DNA of 61,661 nucleotides, taken from assembly GCA_964509765.1 (NCBI GenBank), contig CAZDYI010000139.1:1-61661 (forward strand), written 5' to 3'. A program made the translations under genes and the position numbers. Each line of letters starts with the position of its first letter. The stretch's first letter is position 1. A model generated the notes under the pieces. That model worked only from the letters and a program-made list of their open reading frames with translations, made no database searches and was not told the origin of the DNA. The DNA is from an uncultured Gammaproteobacteria bacterium (GTDB lineage Bacteria; Pseudomonadota; Gammaproteobacteria; Tethybacterales; Tethybacteraceae). This document shows positions 18,689 to 27,089 of the stretch, piece by piece.

Positions 18689-19284
18689 TGCGCCGCGGCC
18701 CCGTCCGCTTGCGCCGGCTCGCCCCACACGTCCCGCATGGAGGCCACGCCGCAGGCGCCGTGGCTGATGGCCAGGTCCGCGTCGCCGACCGACAGGCCGC
18801 CGAGCGCGTAGACCGGCTTGTCGTGACGTGCGGCCAGCTCGGCGAAGCCGTCCCATCCGAGCGGCTCGGAGTCGACGTGCGTGAGGGTCCTGCCGACAGG
18901 GGAGAGCACGGCGAAGTCCGCCCCGAGCACGTCGAGGCCCGCCTCGAGCTCGTCCGCGCTGTGGCAGGACACGCCGACAAGCCCGTCGAAGCATTGCGGA
19001 CCCGTGTTACGCAAGGCTGAGCTCGGGACGTGCACGCCGTCGGCCCCGACCTTGCCGGCGATGTCGCCGCCGTCGTTGACCAGCACCCGGCAGCCGTGCC
19101 CGCGGCACATCTCTACGCAGCGGGCCGCGAAGTCCTCGCGCTCGCTTGGCGCCAGGTGCTTGTCGCGCACCTGCAAGAGGCGCAGGCCGCTTGCCAAGGC
19201 CTGCGCAAGGCGCTCGAGGAAGGCGTCGACGCCGGGAAAGAGCGCCGCCGCGGTGATGCCGTACACCGGCGGAAGCGCGCTCAC
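18685..19284 (-). CDS. Thiamine-phosphate synthase family protein (ThiE/TenI-like)
   Basis: GTG 19284 overlaps the upstream stop (GTGA). Motifs LQVRDKH, VNDGGDIA, GVHV, VGVSCHS and YALGG. About 200 aa. Confidence 0.7.
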   Translation of the reverse strand: MSALPPVYGITAAALFPGVDAFLERLAQALASGLRLLQVRDKHLAPSEREDFAARCVEMCRGHGCRVLVNDGGDIAGKVGADGVHVPSSALRNTGPQCFDGLVGVSCHSADELEAGLDVLGADFAVLSPVGRTLTHVDSEPLGWDGFAELAARHDKPVYALGGLSVGDADLAISHGACGVASMRDVWGEPAQADGAAAQ

Positions 19285-20132
19285 TTGCGGCGGCTCTCGA
19301 GAAAGTCCTCGACGAACTGCCGCGCGATGCGGCCGTTGAGTGAGCCGCGCTCGGCGGCCCAGAGGAGGCTTGCCCTCTCGATCGCCGGCCCGACCCTCTT
19401 CCTGCCGTGGTTGCTGAACCACTTGCTGACCAGCGCGAGGTACTCCCCCTCGTTCGGCGAGAACACCGGGATCCACAGACCGAACCTGTCGGACAGGGAG
19501 ATCTTCTCCTCGGTCGTCTCGCCGGGATGGATCTCGCCGCTTTCGTCCTGGCTCGCCTCGAGGTTCTCCGAAGCGTCCTCGGGAACCAGGTGCCTGCGGT
19601 TGGAGGTCGCGTAGACCAGCATCCCGAGCCGGCCGCCGTCGAGCTCGTCGAGCGCGGCCTTGGCGCCGATGTAGCCGTCGTCGCTCCCTGCGAACGACAG
19701 CTCGTCGCAGATCACGAGGAACCTGTGCTCGCTGCCGCCGAGCACGTCGACAAGCTCGGGCAGCTCGACGATCCTCTCTCTCGCGACCCTGACGACCTTG
19801 AGCCCCTTGCGGGCGTGCTTCGCCGCGACGCCGTGAACGACCGAGGTCTTGCCGCAGCCGCGCGGGCCGGTTAGCAGGGCGTGGTTAGCCGGCCGGCCGG
19901 CCATGAAGGCCGCCGTGTTCCTGTCGAGCGCCCTGATCTCCGCGTCCAGGCCGTGCAGCAGGCCGAGCCGCGGCGGCTTCCACCCCCTGACCGGGGCGAG
20001 GTGGCCGACCCCGAGCGGCGAGGCCTTCCACCTGTAGCACTTTGCGTCAAGCTTGGCCGGCAGCTGCTCGGGAACGAGCGCGTCCAGGCGCCCCAGAAGC
20101 CTGCCGATCCTTTCCTCGGTCGCCTTCTTCAT
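19281..20132 (-). CDS. AAA-type ATPase of the DUF815 family
   Basis: YRW...HALLTGPRGCGKTSVV (Walker A), FLVICDELSF (Walker B), YATSNRRHLVPE. Confidence 0.75.
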   Translation of the reverse strand: MKKATEERIGRLLGRLDALVPEQLPAKLDAKCYRWKASPLGVGHLAPVRGWKPPRLGLLHGLDAEIRALDRNTAAFMAGRPANHALLTGPRGCGKTSVVHGVAAKHARKGLKVVRVARERIVELPELVDVLGGSEHRFLVICDELSFAGSDDGYIGAKAALDELDGGRLGMLVYATSNRRHLVPEDASENLEASQDESGEIHPGETTEEKISLSDRFGLWIPVFSPNEGEYLALVSKWFSNHGRKRVGPAIERASLLWAAERGSLNGRIARQFVEDFLESRRK

Positions 20133-20139
20133 CGCGCGC

Positions 20140-21336
20140 TCAGGTCCTGTACTCCGCGTTGATCCGCACGTACTCGCGGCTGAGGTCCGAGAAGGTCACC
20201 GCTGCCCTCGCGCGCCCCTTGCCCATGGCGATCTCGAACAGGAGGGGAGGGCGGTCGAACAGTTTCTTGGCGGCCTTCTCGGTGAACGACGCTGCGCGCC
20301 TTCCGGAGCCGTACGCGCGTTGGCCGTTGATCCTGACGGAAACGGCGTCCGGGTCGAAGTCGACTCCGGCCTTGCCGATCGCCATGAGCAGCCGGCCGAG
20401 GTTGGGGTCGCGGGCGTTGAGCATCGTCTTGACCAGCGGCGAGCATGCAACGGAGTCCGCGACCCTCCTGCAGTCGGCATCGCTGCGCAGGCCGCGCACC
20501 GCAACGGTCGCGGTCATGGTCGCGCCCTCGCCGTCGGCGACGATCTGGTTCGCAAGGTCCGCGCAGAGATCGGAAAGCGCCGCTGCGAACCTCCGCTCCT
20601 CCGCGGGCGTGAGCTTCCCTGCGGCCCCCGTTGCGGCAAGAGCGACCGCGTCGTTGGTCGATGTGTCGCCGTCGACGCTGATCGCGTTGAAGGAGTCCGA
20701 CACCGCCTCCCGCAGGCGCCTGCGCAGGGCGGGCGCGGAAACGCCGGCGTCTGTTGCGATGAACGACAGCATGGTCGCCATGTCGGGATGGATCATCCCG
20801 GATCCCTTGGCGATCCCGGTGATCGTGACCCTGCCCTTGCGGGTCCTCATCCGGACGCTTGCGCCCTTGGGCCTCGTGTCGGTCGTCATGATCGCGCGCG
20901 CGGCGTCCTGCCAGCCCCCCGGGTCGAGCTTGGACGCCGCCCTGTCGATGCCGCGGGAAAGCGCCTCGGCGGAAAGCTGCTCCATGATCACCCCGGTTGA
21001 AAACGGCAGGACCTGCTCGGGCCTTGCGCCGAGCATGCCCGCGGCCCTCGCGCAGCTGTCCGCGGCGACCCTGAGCCCGCGCCTTCCGGTCCCGCAGTTC
21101 GCGTTGCCGGAGTTGACCACCCAGGCGCGCGTGCGCGAGCGGCCGGACTCCATGTGCCTGCGCGCGACCGTCACGGGCGCGGCGACGAACCGGTTGCGCG
21201 TGAAGGTCGCCGCCGTCGCGGCGGGCGCGTCGAAGGCGAACAGCGCCACGTCCGGGCGCCGCCGCTTTCCGATCCCGGCGGCGGCGGTGCCGACTCTCAC
21301 GCCGTCCACGGCCAACAGCCTTGGCTTGCTGCCCAC
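20140..21336 (-). CDS. argJ: Bifunctional ornithine acetyltransferase / N-acetylglutamate synthase
   Basis: 398 aa. KGSGMIHPDMATMLSFIATDA autoprocessing region, then VDGDTSTNDAV. Confidence 0.93.
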   Translation of the reverse strand: MGSKPRLLAVDGVRVGTAAAGIGKRRRPDVALFAFDAPAATAATFTRNRFVAAPVTVARRHMESGRSRTRAWVVNSGNANCGTGRRGLRVAADSCARAAGMLGARPEQVLPFSTGVIMEQLSAEALSRGIDRAASKLDPGGWQDAARAIMTTDTRPKGASVRMRTRKGRVTITGIAKGSGMIHPDMATMLSFIATDAGVSAPALRRRLREAVSDSFNAISVDGDTSTNDAVALAATGAAGKLTPAEERRFAAALSDLCADLANQIVADGEGATMTATVAVRGLRSDADCRRVADSVACSPLVKTMLNARDPNLGRLLMAIGKAGVDFDPDAVSVRINGQRAYGSGRRAASFTEKAAKKLFDRPPLLFEIAMGKGRARAAVTFSDLSREYVRINAEYRT

Positions 21337-21342
21337 GGCGCG

Positions 21343-21870
21343 CTAGAGCTCGCGCTCGAGCAAGGCCAGGAAGCGCTCGCTTTTGTCCGTGCCCAGGTGG
21401 GTCTCGCCGATGAGCTCGGCCTTGATGTTGCCGCGCTTGTCGGCCAGGTAGAACGCCGGCCACCACGAGTTGCGCATGTCCCGCCAGAACACGTAGTCGT
21501 TGTCGAGCATGACCGGGAACTCGATCCCGTGCTCGGCCGCCTTCTCGCTCACCCGCTCGCGGTCCCTCTCGTGCTCAAACTCGGGCGTGTGTATGCCGAG
21601 CACCAGCAGCCCGCGGTCCGCGTACCTCCTGTGGACCTCGTTTATCCACGCGATCGAGTTCGTGCAGTTGTAACACGAGTACGTCCAGAACATCACGAGC
21701 ACCGCCCGGCCGCGCAGGTCCGAGTCGGCCAGCGGCTCGGAATTGACCCAGAACTCCCCCTGGTCCCGGAACGGGTAGGTGATCCCCGCGAGGCGCTCGG
21801 GCGCGGCCTGCGCGAGCTGCGACACAAGGGCCCACGCCAGCAAGGCGAGCAAGGCCTTCGGGAGTCTCAT
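21343..21870 (-). CDS. Exported thioredoxin-fold protein (redoxin/TlpA-like)
   Basis: Signal peptide MRLPKALLALLAWALVSQLAQA, redox motif WTYSCYNC, then GIHTPEFEHE. An alternative TTG start lies at 21894. Confidence 0.75.
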   Translation of the reverse strand: MRLPKALLALLAWALVSQLAQAAPERLAGITYPFRDQGEFWVNSEPLADSDLRGRAVLVMFWTYSCYNCTNSIAWINEVHRRYADRGLLVLGIHTPEFEHERDRERVSEKAAEHGIEFPVMLDNDYVFWRDMRNSWWPAFYLADKRGNIKAELIGETHLGTDKSERFLALLEREL

Positions 21871-21979
21871 TCGGAATTCCATGCGACGGAACAACTGAGT
21901 GCCTGGATCCAGCCAACCGCAAAGGGCGATTTTAATTCAGGCCCGGATTCCGCGTTGCCGCGCGCGCGGCCCGGAGCGC

Positions 21980-22066
21980 TGGTGCGGACGGGGGGACTTG
22001 AACCCCCACGCCCCTAGGGACAGCAGATTTTAAGTCTGCAGCGTCTACCGATTCCGCCACGTCCGC
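21980..22066 (-). tRNA. tRNA-Leu (anticodon UAA)
   Basis: Hand fold of the reverse complement: acceptor GCGGACG/CGTCCGC, anticodon stem GCAGA/TCTGC with loop CTTAAAA, a long variable arm, T arm GGGGG-TTCAAGT-CCCCC, and an encoded CCA. Confidence 0.93.
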
Positions 22067-22145
22067 ACGCATCCAGGGACGGCGATGCCGTCTAGGTACC
22101 GGCCCTGCATAACCTTGCGTCGTGGCTTGTCATCTTGAGTCCTGT

Positions 22146-22220
22146 TGGAGGCGGGAGTCGGAATTGAACCGGCGTGAACGGCTTTGCAGGCCGCCGCATA
22201 AACCACTCTGCCATCCCGCC
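22146..22220 (-). tRNA. tRNA-Cys (anticodon GCA)
   Basis: Acceptor GGCGGGA/TCCCGCC, anticodon loop CTGCAAA, T loop TTCAATT, encoded CCA. There is one C-A mismatch in the T stem. Confidence 0.88.
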
Positions 22221-22269
22221 TTCGTGCATTGCGCTAGTCATATCCCCGTGGAGCTGTCGGACTTGCTGC

Positions 22270-22345
22270 TGGAGCGGGAAACGAGGTTCGAACTCGCGAC
22301 CTCAACCTTGGCAAGGTTGCGCTCTACCAGCTGAGCTATTCCCGC
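22270..22345 (-). tRNA. tRNA-Gly (anticodon GCC)
   Basis: GCGGGAATAGCTCAGCTGGTAGAGCGCAACCTTGCCAAGGTTGAGGTCGCGAGTTCGAACCTCGTTTCCCGCTCCA, close to enterobacterial tRNA-Gly(GCC). Confidence 0.95.
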
Positions 22346-22377
22346 TTGGATCGCTTGTCGTGGGTTTACGATGGCGG

Positions 22378-22383
22378 ATTTTA
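22378..22383 (-). promoter_or_regulatory. Candidate tRNA-operon promoter -10 (TGgTAAAAT, extended -10) with a GC-rich discriminator
   Basis: The minus strand reads ggTGgTAAAATccgccatcg, about 30 nt upstream of the tRNA-Gly 5' end. The -35 is weak. Confidence 0.35.
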
Positions 22384-22401
22384 CCACCGGCGGGCGGAAA
22401 G

Positions 22402-22407
22402 TAGAAT
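22402..22407 (+). promoter_or_regulatory. -10-like TAGAAT, 12 nt upstream of the pdxH ATG
   Basis: Sequence is gTAGAATttcgcccctgcgATG, with no SD. Confidence 0.4.
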
Positions 22408-22419
22408 TTCGCCCCTGCG

Positions 22420-23022
22420 ATGTCCGATGGCTTGGAAAGGGTCGGCGATCCCGTCACGGAGCTCGGGCGCTGGCTCGAGGAGGCGGCCGGGGCCGGGCTG
22501 AGGCTGCCCGACGCCGTTGCCCTCGCGACGACAGGGGCCGACGGCATGCCCGACGTCAGGTACGTCCTGGTGAAGGGCATCACCGAGGGCGGCTGCGAGT
22601 TCTACACCAACAACGCGAGCGCCAAGGCAGCGCAGCTCAGGGACAACCCGAAGGCCGCGCTCGCCTTTTACTGGCGGGAGCTCAACCGCCAGGCGCGGGT
22701 GCGCGGAACCGTGCGCGAGATGGAGCGCGGCAGGGTCGCCGAGTACTTCGCGACGAGGCCCCGCGACAGCCAGGTCAGCGCCTGGGCTTCGCGCCAGTCA
22801 GCCCCGCTCGCCTCGAGGGAGGAGTTCCTCGATAGGGTCGCAGAGGTCGAGGGGCGCTTCGAGGGCTCGGACGTCCCGCTGCCGGACCACTGGTCGGGCT
22901 ACGTGGTCGACCCCCTCGAGATCGAGTTCTGGGTCGAGGGCAAGGGCAGGATGCACGGGCGGTCCGCGTACCGCAGGGAGGCTCCCGGGGCGGTCTGGTC
23001 ACACGAGCGCCTCTACCCGTGA
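22420..23022 (+). CDS. pdxH: Pyridoxamine 5'-phosphate oxidase
   Basis: RYVLVKGITEGGCEFYTNNASAKAAQL...QARVRG...IEFWVEGKGRMHGR. Confidence 0.92.
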   Translation: MSDGLERVGDPVTELGRWLEEAAGAGLRLPDAVALATTGADGMPDVRYVLVKGITEGGCEFYTNNASAKAAQLRDNPKAALAFYWRELNRQARVRGTVREMERGRVAEYFATRPRDSQVSAWASRQSAPLASREEFLDRVAEVEGRFEGSDVPLPDHWSGYVVDPLEIEFWVEGKGRMHGRSAYRREAPGAVWSHERLYP

Positions 23023-23543
23023 GCCTGGAGAGGCCGCTGGTGCTGCTCGGCATGATGGGCTCGGGCAAGAGCACGGTCGCGAAGTGGATCGCCGACCGGG
23101 AGGGTGCTGAGGTCATGGACCTTGACGCGACGGTCAGCGCCGCGGCGGGCAAGGACATACCGACGATATTCGCGGAAGACGGCGAGGAGAGCTTCCGCGA
23201 ACTCGAGAGCGAGGCGCTAAGAGAGGCGCTTGCGCGCGTCGGGCCCGTGATCATCGACGCCGGAGGCGGCGTGGTCGTGCGCGGGTCCAACCTCGAGATG
23301 CTGCAGGGCAGCGACACCGACAGGTGCCACATCGATGCATCCGCCAGGCTTCTTGCATCGAGGATCACTGAGACAGGGTCGCGTCCGATGCTCGACGGCG
23401 TCGCCCACGAGGACAGGATCATGGCGATCCTTGTGCGCCGCAACCCCCTGTACAAGCTGGCGTCCACCTTCACGGTGCGCTCGGAAGAGGGCGATGACGC
23501 GGGCGACACGGCCCGCAAGGTGCTGGACGGCATCGGCAGGTGA
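23019..23543 (+). CDS. aroK: Shikimate kinase
   Basis: LLGMMGSGKSTVAKWIA P-loop and GGGVV motif. The GTG start overlaps the pdxH stop. Confidence 0.9.
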   Translation: MSLERPLVLLGMMGSGKSTVAKWIADREGAEVMDLDATVSAAAGKDIPTIFAEDGEESFRELESEALREALARVGPVIIDAGGGVVVRGSNLEMLQGSDTDRCHIDASARLLASRITETGSRPMLDGVAHEDRIMAILVRRNPLYKLASTFTVRSEEGDDAGDTARKVLDGIGR

Positions 23544-24631
23544 GCGCGGTAACGGTTGAGCTGGGCGAGCGCAGCTACTCAGTAGCGGTCGGCTCAGGGC
23601 TTGTCGCCTCGCCTCCGGCGCTCCCTGTTCCTGAAGGCGCGCGCGCCGCTGTCATGGCCGACTCGACTGCGTGGAAGGCGCACGGCGAAAAGCTTCAGAA
23701 AGCGCTGGCGAACCTCGGCCTGTCGGGCGTTTCCGTGCTTGAGATCGATCCGGGAGAGCAAAGCAAGTCCTGGGACTGGGCGAGAAGGTGCTGCGACTTC
23801 CTTGCCGAAAGCTCGATCGGCCGCGACGACTGGGTGCTGCCGTTCGGCGGCGGGGTGGCCTGCGACCTCAGCGGCTTCGCCGCCGCGGTGTACCTCCGCG
23901 GCGTGTCCGCGGTTGCCTTCCCGACGACGCTGCTTGCGCAGGTCGACGCCTCCGTCGGCGGCAAGACCGCGATCAACATCGACTCGGGCAAGAACCTGGT
24001 CGGCGCCTTCAGCCAGCCGGCGCTGGTCGTCGCGGACGTGGACACGCTGCGCACCCTCCCGCCAAACGAGTTCCGCGCCGGCATGGCAGAGGTCGTAAAG
24101 CACGGGCTGCTTGAGCCGTCGATCCTCGACATGGTGCGCGACAACGTAATGGAGCTCGCAAAGGGGCCCGAAGCGGAGTCCGGGCTGCTCGTGCGGCTCG
24201 TCGAGCAAAACGTGCGGTGCAAGGCAGCGGTGGTCGCGGCGGACGAGAGGGAGGCGGGGGTCCGCGCCCACCTCAACCTCGGGCACACCTTCGCGCATGC
24301 GCTTGAGGCGACGCTCGGATACGGCAGCCTGCTGCACGGCGAGGCGGTATCGATGGGGCTGGTCGCAGCATGCAGCCTTGCGGCGCGGCTCGGTCTCGCC
24401 GACTCCTCGCTGCAGAAGGAGGTCGGGGAGCTGCTTGCAGAGCTCGGCCTGCCGGTGAGGATTCCCAAATGCGACGCGGCCGACCTGATGCGCCCGATGA
24501 CGCGCGACAAGAAGGTTTCGCGGGGCAGGAAGCGCTTCGTGCTGGCAAGCTCGCCGGGCGAGGTCGCCGTGCATGCCGACGTCCCGGACGAGGCGGTGCT
24601 CGCGACGCTGGAGGAGCTGATAGATGGCTGA
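23540..24631 (+). CDS. aroB: 3-dehydroquinate synthase
   Basis: 363 aa. FGGGVACDLSGFAAA, DASVGGKTAIN, LNLGHTFAHALE. aroK-aroB linkage. Confidence 0.95.
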   Translation: MSAVTVELGERSYSVAVGSGLVASPPALPVPEGARAAVMADSTAWKAHGEKLQKALANLGLSGVSVLEIDPGEQSKSWDWARRCCDFLAESSIGRDDWVLPFGGGVACDLSGFAAAVYLRGVSAVAFPTTLLAQVDASVGGKTAINIDSGKNLVGAFSQPALVVADVDTLRTLPPNEFRAGMAEVVKHGLLEPSILDMVRDNVMELAKGPEAESGLLVRLVEQNVRCKAAVVAADEREAGVRAHLNLGHTFAHALEATLGYGSLLHGEAVSMGLVAACSLAARLGLADSSLQKEVGELLAELGLPVRIPKCDAADLMRPMTRDKKVSRGRKRFVLASSPGEVAVHADVPDEAVLATLEELIDG

Positions 24632-25613
24632 GATCAGAAAGCGGCCGAGAAGGCTGCGCACGGACCCTGCGATCCGGGAGCTGGTTGCCGAGAGCCGGCT
24701 TGCCCCGGCGGACCTCATCTGGCCGCTGTTCATCCACTCGGGCAAGGACGGTGCCGCAATCGACGCCATGCCCGGCGTGTCCAGGCTCGACGCCGGCCTG
24801 CTGGCCAAGGCCTGCGACGACGCGACTGAGGCGGGCCTGCATGCGGTCGCGCTGTTTCCCGCGGTCGATCCCAAGCTGTGCACGCCGGGGGCTGAGGAGG
24901 CCTTCAACGACGGAGCGCTCGTCCAGGAAACGGTGCGCGCGCTGAAGAAAAGCCACCCGGACCTGCTCGTGGTCACCGACGTCGCGCTCGACCCGTTCAC
25001 CAGCCACGGGCACGACGGAATCATGAACGAGGACGGATCGATCGACAACGACGCGACAGTCGACGTCCTTGTGCGGCAGGCGCTGTCGCTCGCAAGGGCA
25101 GGGGCCGACATCGTCGCCCCGTCGGACATGATGGACGGAAGGGTGGGCGCGATACGTGACGCGCTCGAGGGCGAGGGCTTCCGCGACACGAAGATCATGT
25201 CGTACGCCGCGAAGTACGCGTCGGCGTTCTACGGGCCGTTCCGCGCAGCGATCGGCTCCGGCGACCGGCTCAAGGGCGACAAGAAAACCTACCAGATGGA
25301 TCCCGGCAACATCGCCGAGGCCGTGCGCGAGATCGGCATGGACATAGAAGAGGGCGCCGACATGGTGATGGTCAAGCCGGGCATGCCGTATCTCGACGTC
25401 GTCCGCGAGGCCGCGCGCGCGTTTCCCGGAACGCCGCTTTTCGCGTACCAGGTTTCCGGCGAGTACTCCATGGTCGAGGCCGCCGCATCGAACGGCTGGA
25501 TCGACCGCGACGCAGCGGTCCTCGAGTCGCTGCTTGCCTTCGTGCGCGCCGGGTGCTCAGGCGTGCTCAGCTACCACGCCCTTCACGCCGCCCGGCTTCT
25601 GGGGCAGAACTGA
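24624..25613 (+). CDS. hemB: Porphobilinogen synthase (delta-aminolevulinate dehydratase)
   Basis: RPRRLRTDPAIRELVAE, APSDMMDGRVGAIR, MVKPGMPYLDV, YQVSGEYSM. Confidence 0.95.
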   Translation: MAEIRKRPRRLRTDPAIRELVAESRLAPADLIWPLFIHSGKDGAAIDAMPGVSRLDAGLLAKACDDATEAGLHAVALFPAVDPKLCTPGAEEAFNDGALVQETVRALKKSHPDLLVVTDVALDPFTSHGHDGIMNEDGSIDNDATVDVLVRQALSLARAGADIVAPSDMMDGRVGAIRDALEGEGFRDTKIMSYAAKYASAFYGPFRAAIGSGDRLKGDKKTYQMDPGNIAEAVREIGMDIEEGADMVMVKPGMPYLDVVREAARAFPGTPLFAYQVSGEYSMVEAAASNGWIDRDAAVLESLLAFVRAGCSGVLSYHALHAARLLGQN

Positions 25614-25617
25614 ATGC

Positions 25618-25633
25618 GGCGCCTGCAGGCGCC
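25618..25633. terminator. Perfect 16-nt palindrome GGCGCCTGCAGGCGCC between convergent hemB and the DegP-like gene
   Basis: A 6-bp GC stem with loop TGCA in the 27-nt spacer. No U-tract on either side. Confidence 0.35.
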
Positions 25634-25640
25634 CAGGGAA

Positions 25641-27089
25641 CTAGCTCTCGAGGCTGACCGTCACGAAGAACGGGCGGTTGTTGCGGCCGCGGACGACCTG
25701 GAAGCCGATCGTGTCGACCTCCAGCCCCGTGAGCAGGCGGCGCAGCTCGCCTGTGTCGCCGACCTGCGTGAGCTTGCCTTCGATGATCACCCCGATGATC
25801 AGGTCGCCGCTGCGCAGCTTGTAGAGCTCCTGGGGAATCTCGACCGATCCGCCCTCGTCGTCGAAGCCGCGAAGCACCACCCCGTCCTCTATGCCGGTCC
25901 GGTTGCGGATCTCGTCCGAGAGCTCGTCGAGGATCATCCCGTAGGGCCTGTCGCTCGGGACCTCGCCGGACGCGGCGAGCTTGCCCTGGACGGCGATGTC
26001 GCCGAGGGTGACCTCGAGCTGCATCTCCTTGCCCTCGCGGATGAGGTCGACCATCACAACTGTGCCGGGCTCAGTGTTGGCGATGAAGCGCGGGAAGTCG
26101 CTCGGGTCCTGGATCAGCTTGCCGTCGAAGGCGATGATCACGTCTCCGGCCAGGATGCCGGCGGAGTCCGCTCCGGTTCCCTCGATCACGCTGTTTACGA
26201 TGATCCCGCCCTGGTCCGGGTCGAGGCCCCAGACCTTCGCGGTGTCCTCGTCGATGCCCGCGGGGTCGAAGGTCACCCCGAGCATGCCGCGCCTGATCGA
26301 TCCCTTTTCACGCAGCTGCCGCTGGGTGTCCATGGCCAGGTTTATCGGTATGGCAAGCGAATAGCCGATGAAGGCCCGGTTGTAGCCGCCGATGATGCGC
26401 GAGTTGATCCCGATCACCTCGCCGTCGGTGTTCAGCAGCGGCCCGCCCGAGTTGCCTGGGTTGATCGCCGCGTCGGTCTGGATGAACGGGACGAGCCTTT
26501 CCGCCCCTGTGATCGAGCGGTTCAGCGACGACACTATGCCGTAGGTCAGGGTGTAGTCGAGCCCGAGAGGGTGGCCGATCGCGACCACTGAGTTCCCGAC
26601 CTTCAGGCTGTCGCTGTCCCCGATCTTGGCGACCGGCAGGGGCTCGTCGGTCTCGACCTTGAGCAGGGCCACGTCCGTGTGCTCGTCGAAGCCGACCACC
26701 TCGGCGGTGAGCTTTCGCTTGTCGTGGGTGGTGACCTCGATCTCGTCGGCAACCTCGTTGTCCTCGGCGATCACGTGCGCGTTGGTCAGAATGTAGCCGT
26801 CGGACGTAAGGATAACGCCCGAGCCGATTCCTGAGTCTCGCCTGGGGGTGTCCGGCTGGGCATTCGGGTCGAAGGGGATGCCGAAGAAGAAGTACGGCAG
26901 GCGGTTGACTCCGCCCTCGAGCACCGAGACTGAGCTGACGCTCACAACCGACGGGCTGGCGCTCTCGAACAGCTCCGAGTAGTCCGCCGGCTCGTGGGCG
27001 GTGACTGGCGGCGCGGCTGCTGCGAGCGCCAGTGCAAGCGCGGCCGCCTTGCGGACAGTTCTTGATTCTTTGGTTATTGCTTTCATCAT
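25641..27089 (-). CDS. Periplasmic serine endoprotease, DegP/DegQ (HtrA) family, two PDZ domains
   Basis: Signal peptide, then TNAHV, DVALLKV and GNSGGPLLNTDGEVIGINS (His/Asp/Ser triad), followed by two PDZ-like segments. Confidence 0.9.
   Translation of the reverse strand: MMKAITKESRTVRKAAALALALAAAAPPVTAHEPADYSELFESASPSVVSVSSVSVLEGGVNRLPYFFFGIPFDPNAQPDTPRRDSGIGSGVILTSDGYILTNAHVIAEDNEVADEIEVTTHDKRKLTAEVVGFDEHTDVALLKVETDEPLPVAKIGDSDSLKVGNSVVAIGHPLGLDYTLTYGIVSSLNRSITGAERLVPFIQTDAAINPGNSGGPLLNTDGEVIGINSRIIGGYNRAFIGYSLAIPINLAMDTQRQLREKGSIRRGMLGVTFDPAGIDEDTAKVWGLDPDQGGIIVNSVIEGTGADSAGILAGDVIIAFDGKLIQDPSDFPRFIANTEPGTVVMVDLIREGKEMQLEVTLGDIAVQGKLAASGEVPSDRPYGMILDELSDEIRNRTGIEDGVVLRGFDDEGGSVEIPQELYKLRSGDLIIGVIIEGKLTQVGDTGELRRLLTGLEVDTIGFQVVRGRNNRPFFVTVSLES

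Noticed and set aside
18689-18994. Arg-rich N-terminal extension of the hemA ORF (similar extensions occur on nadA 30407-30787, thrC 49825-49926, the dehydratase 41804-42013, the thiE-like gene, grxD and the pilin-like gene)
   Set aside because: The extensions overlap the upstream genes, are low-complexity, and homology begins at internal start codons that are coupled to the upstream stops.
21871-22419. The tRNA cluster as a genomic-island integration site
   Set aside because: There is no integrase, no repeated tRNA 3' segment and no compositional island. Both flanks are housekeeping genes.
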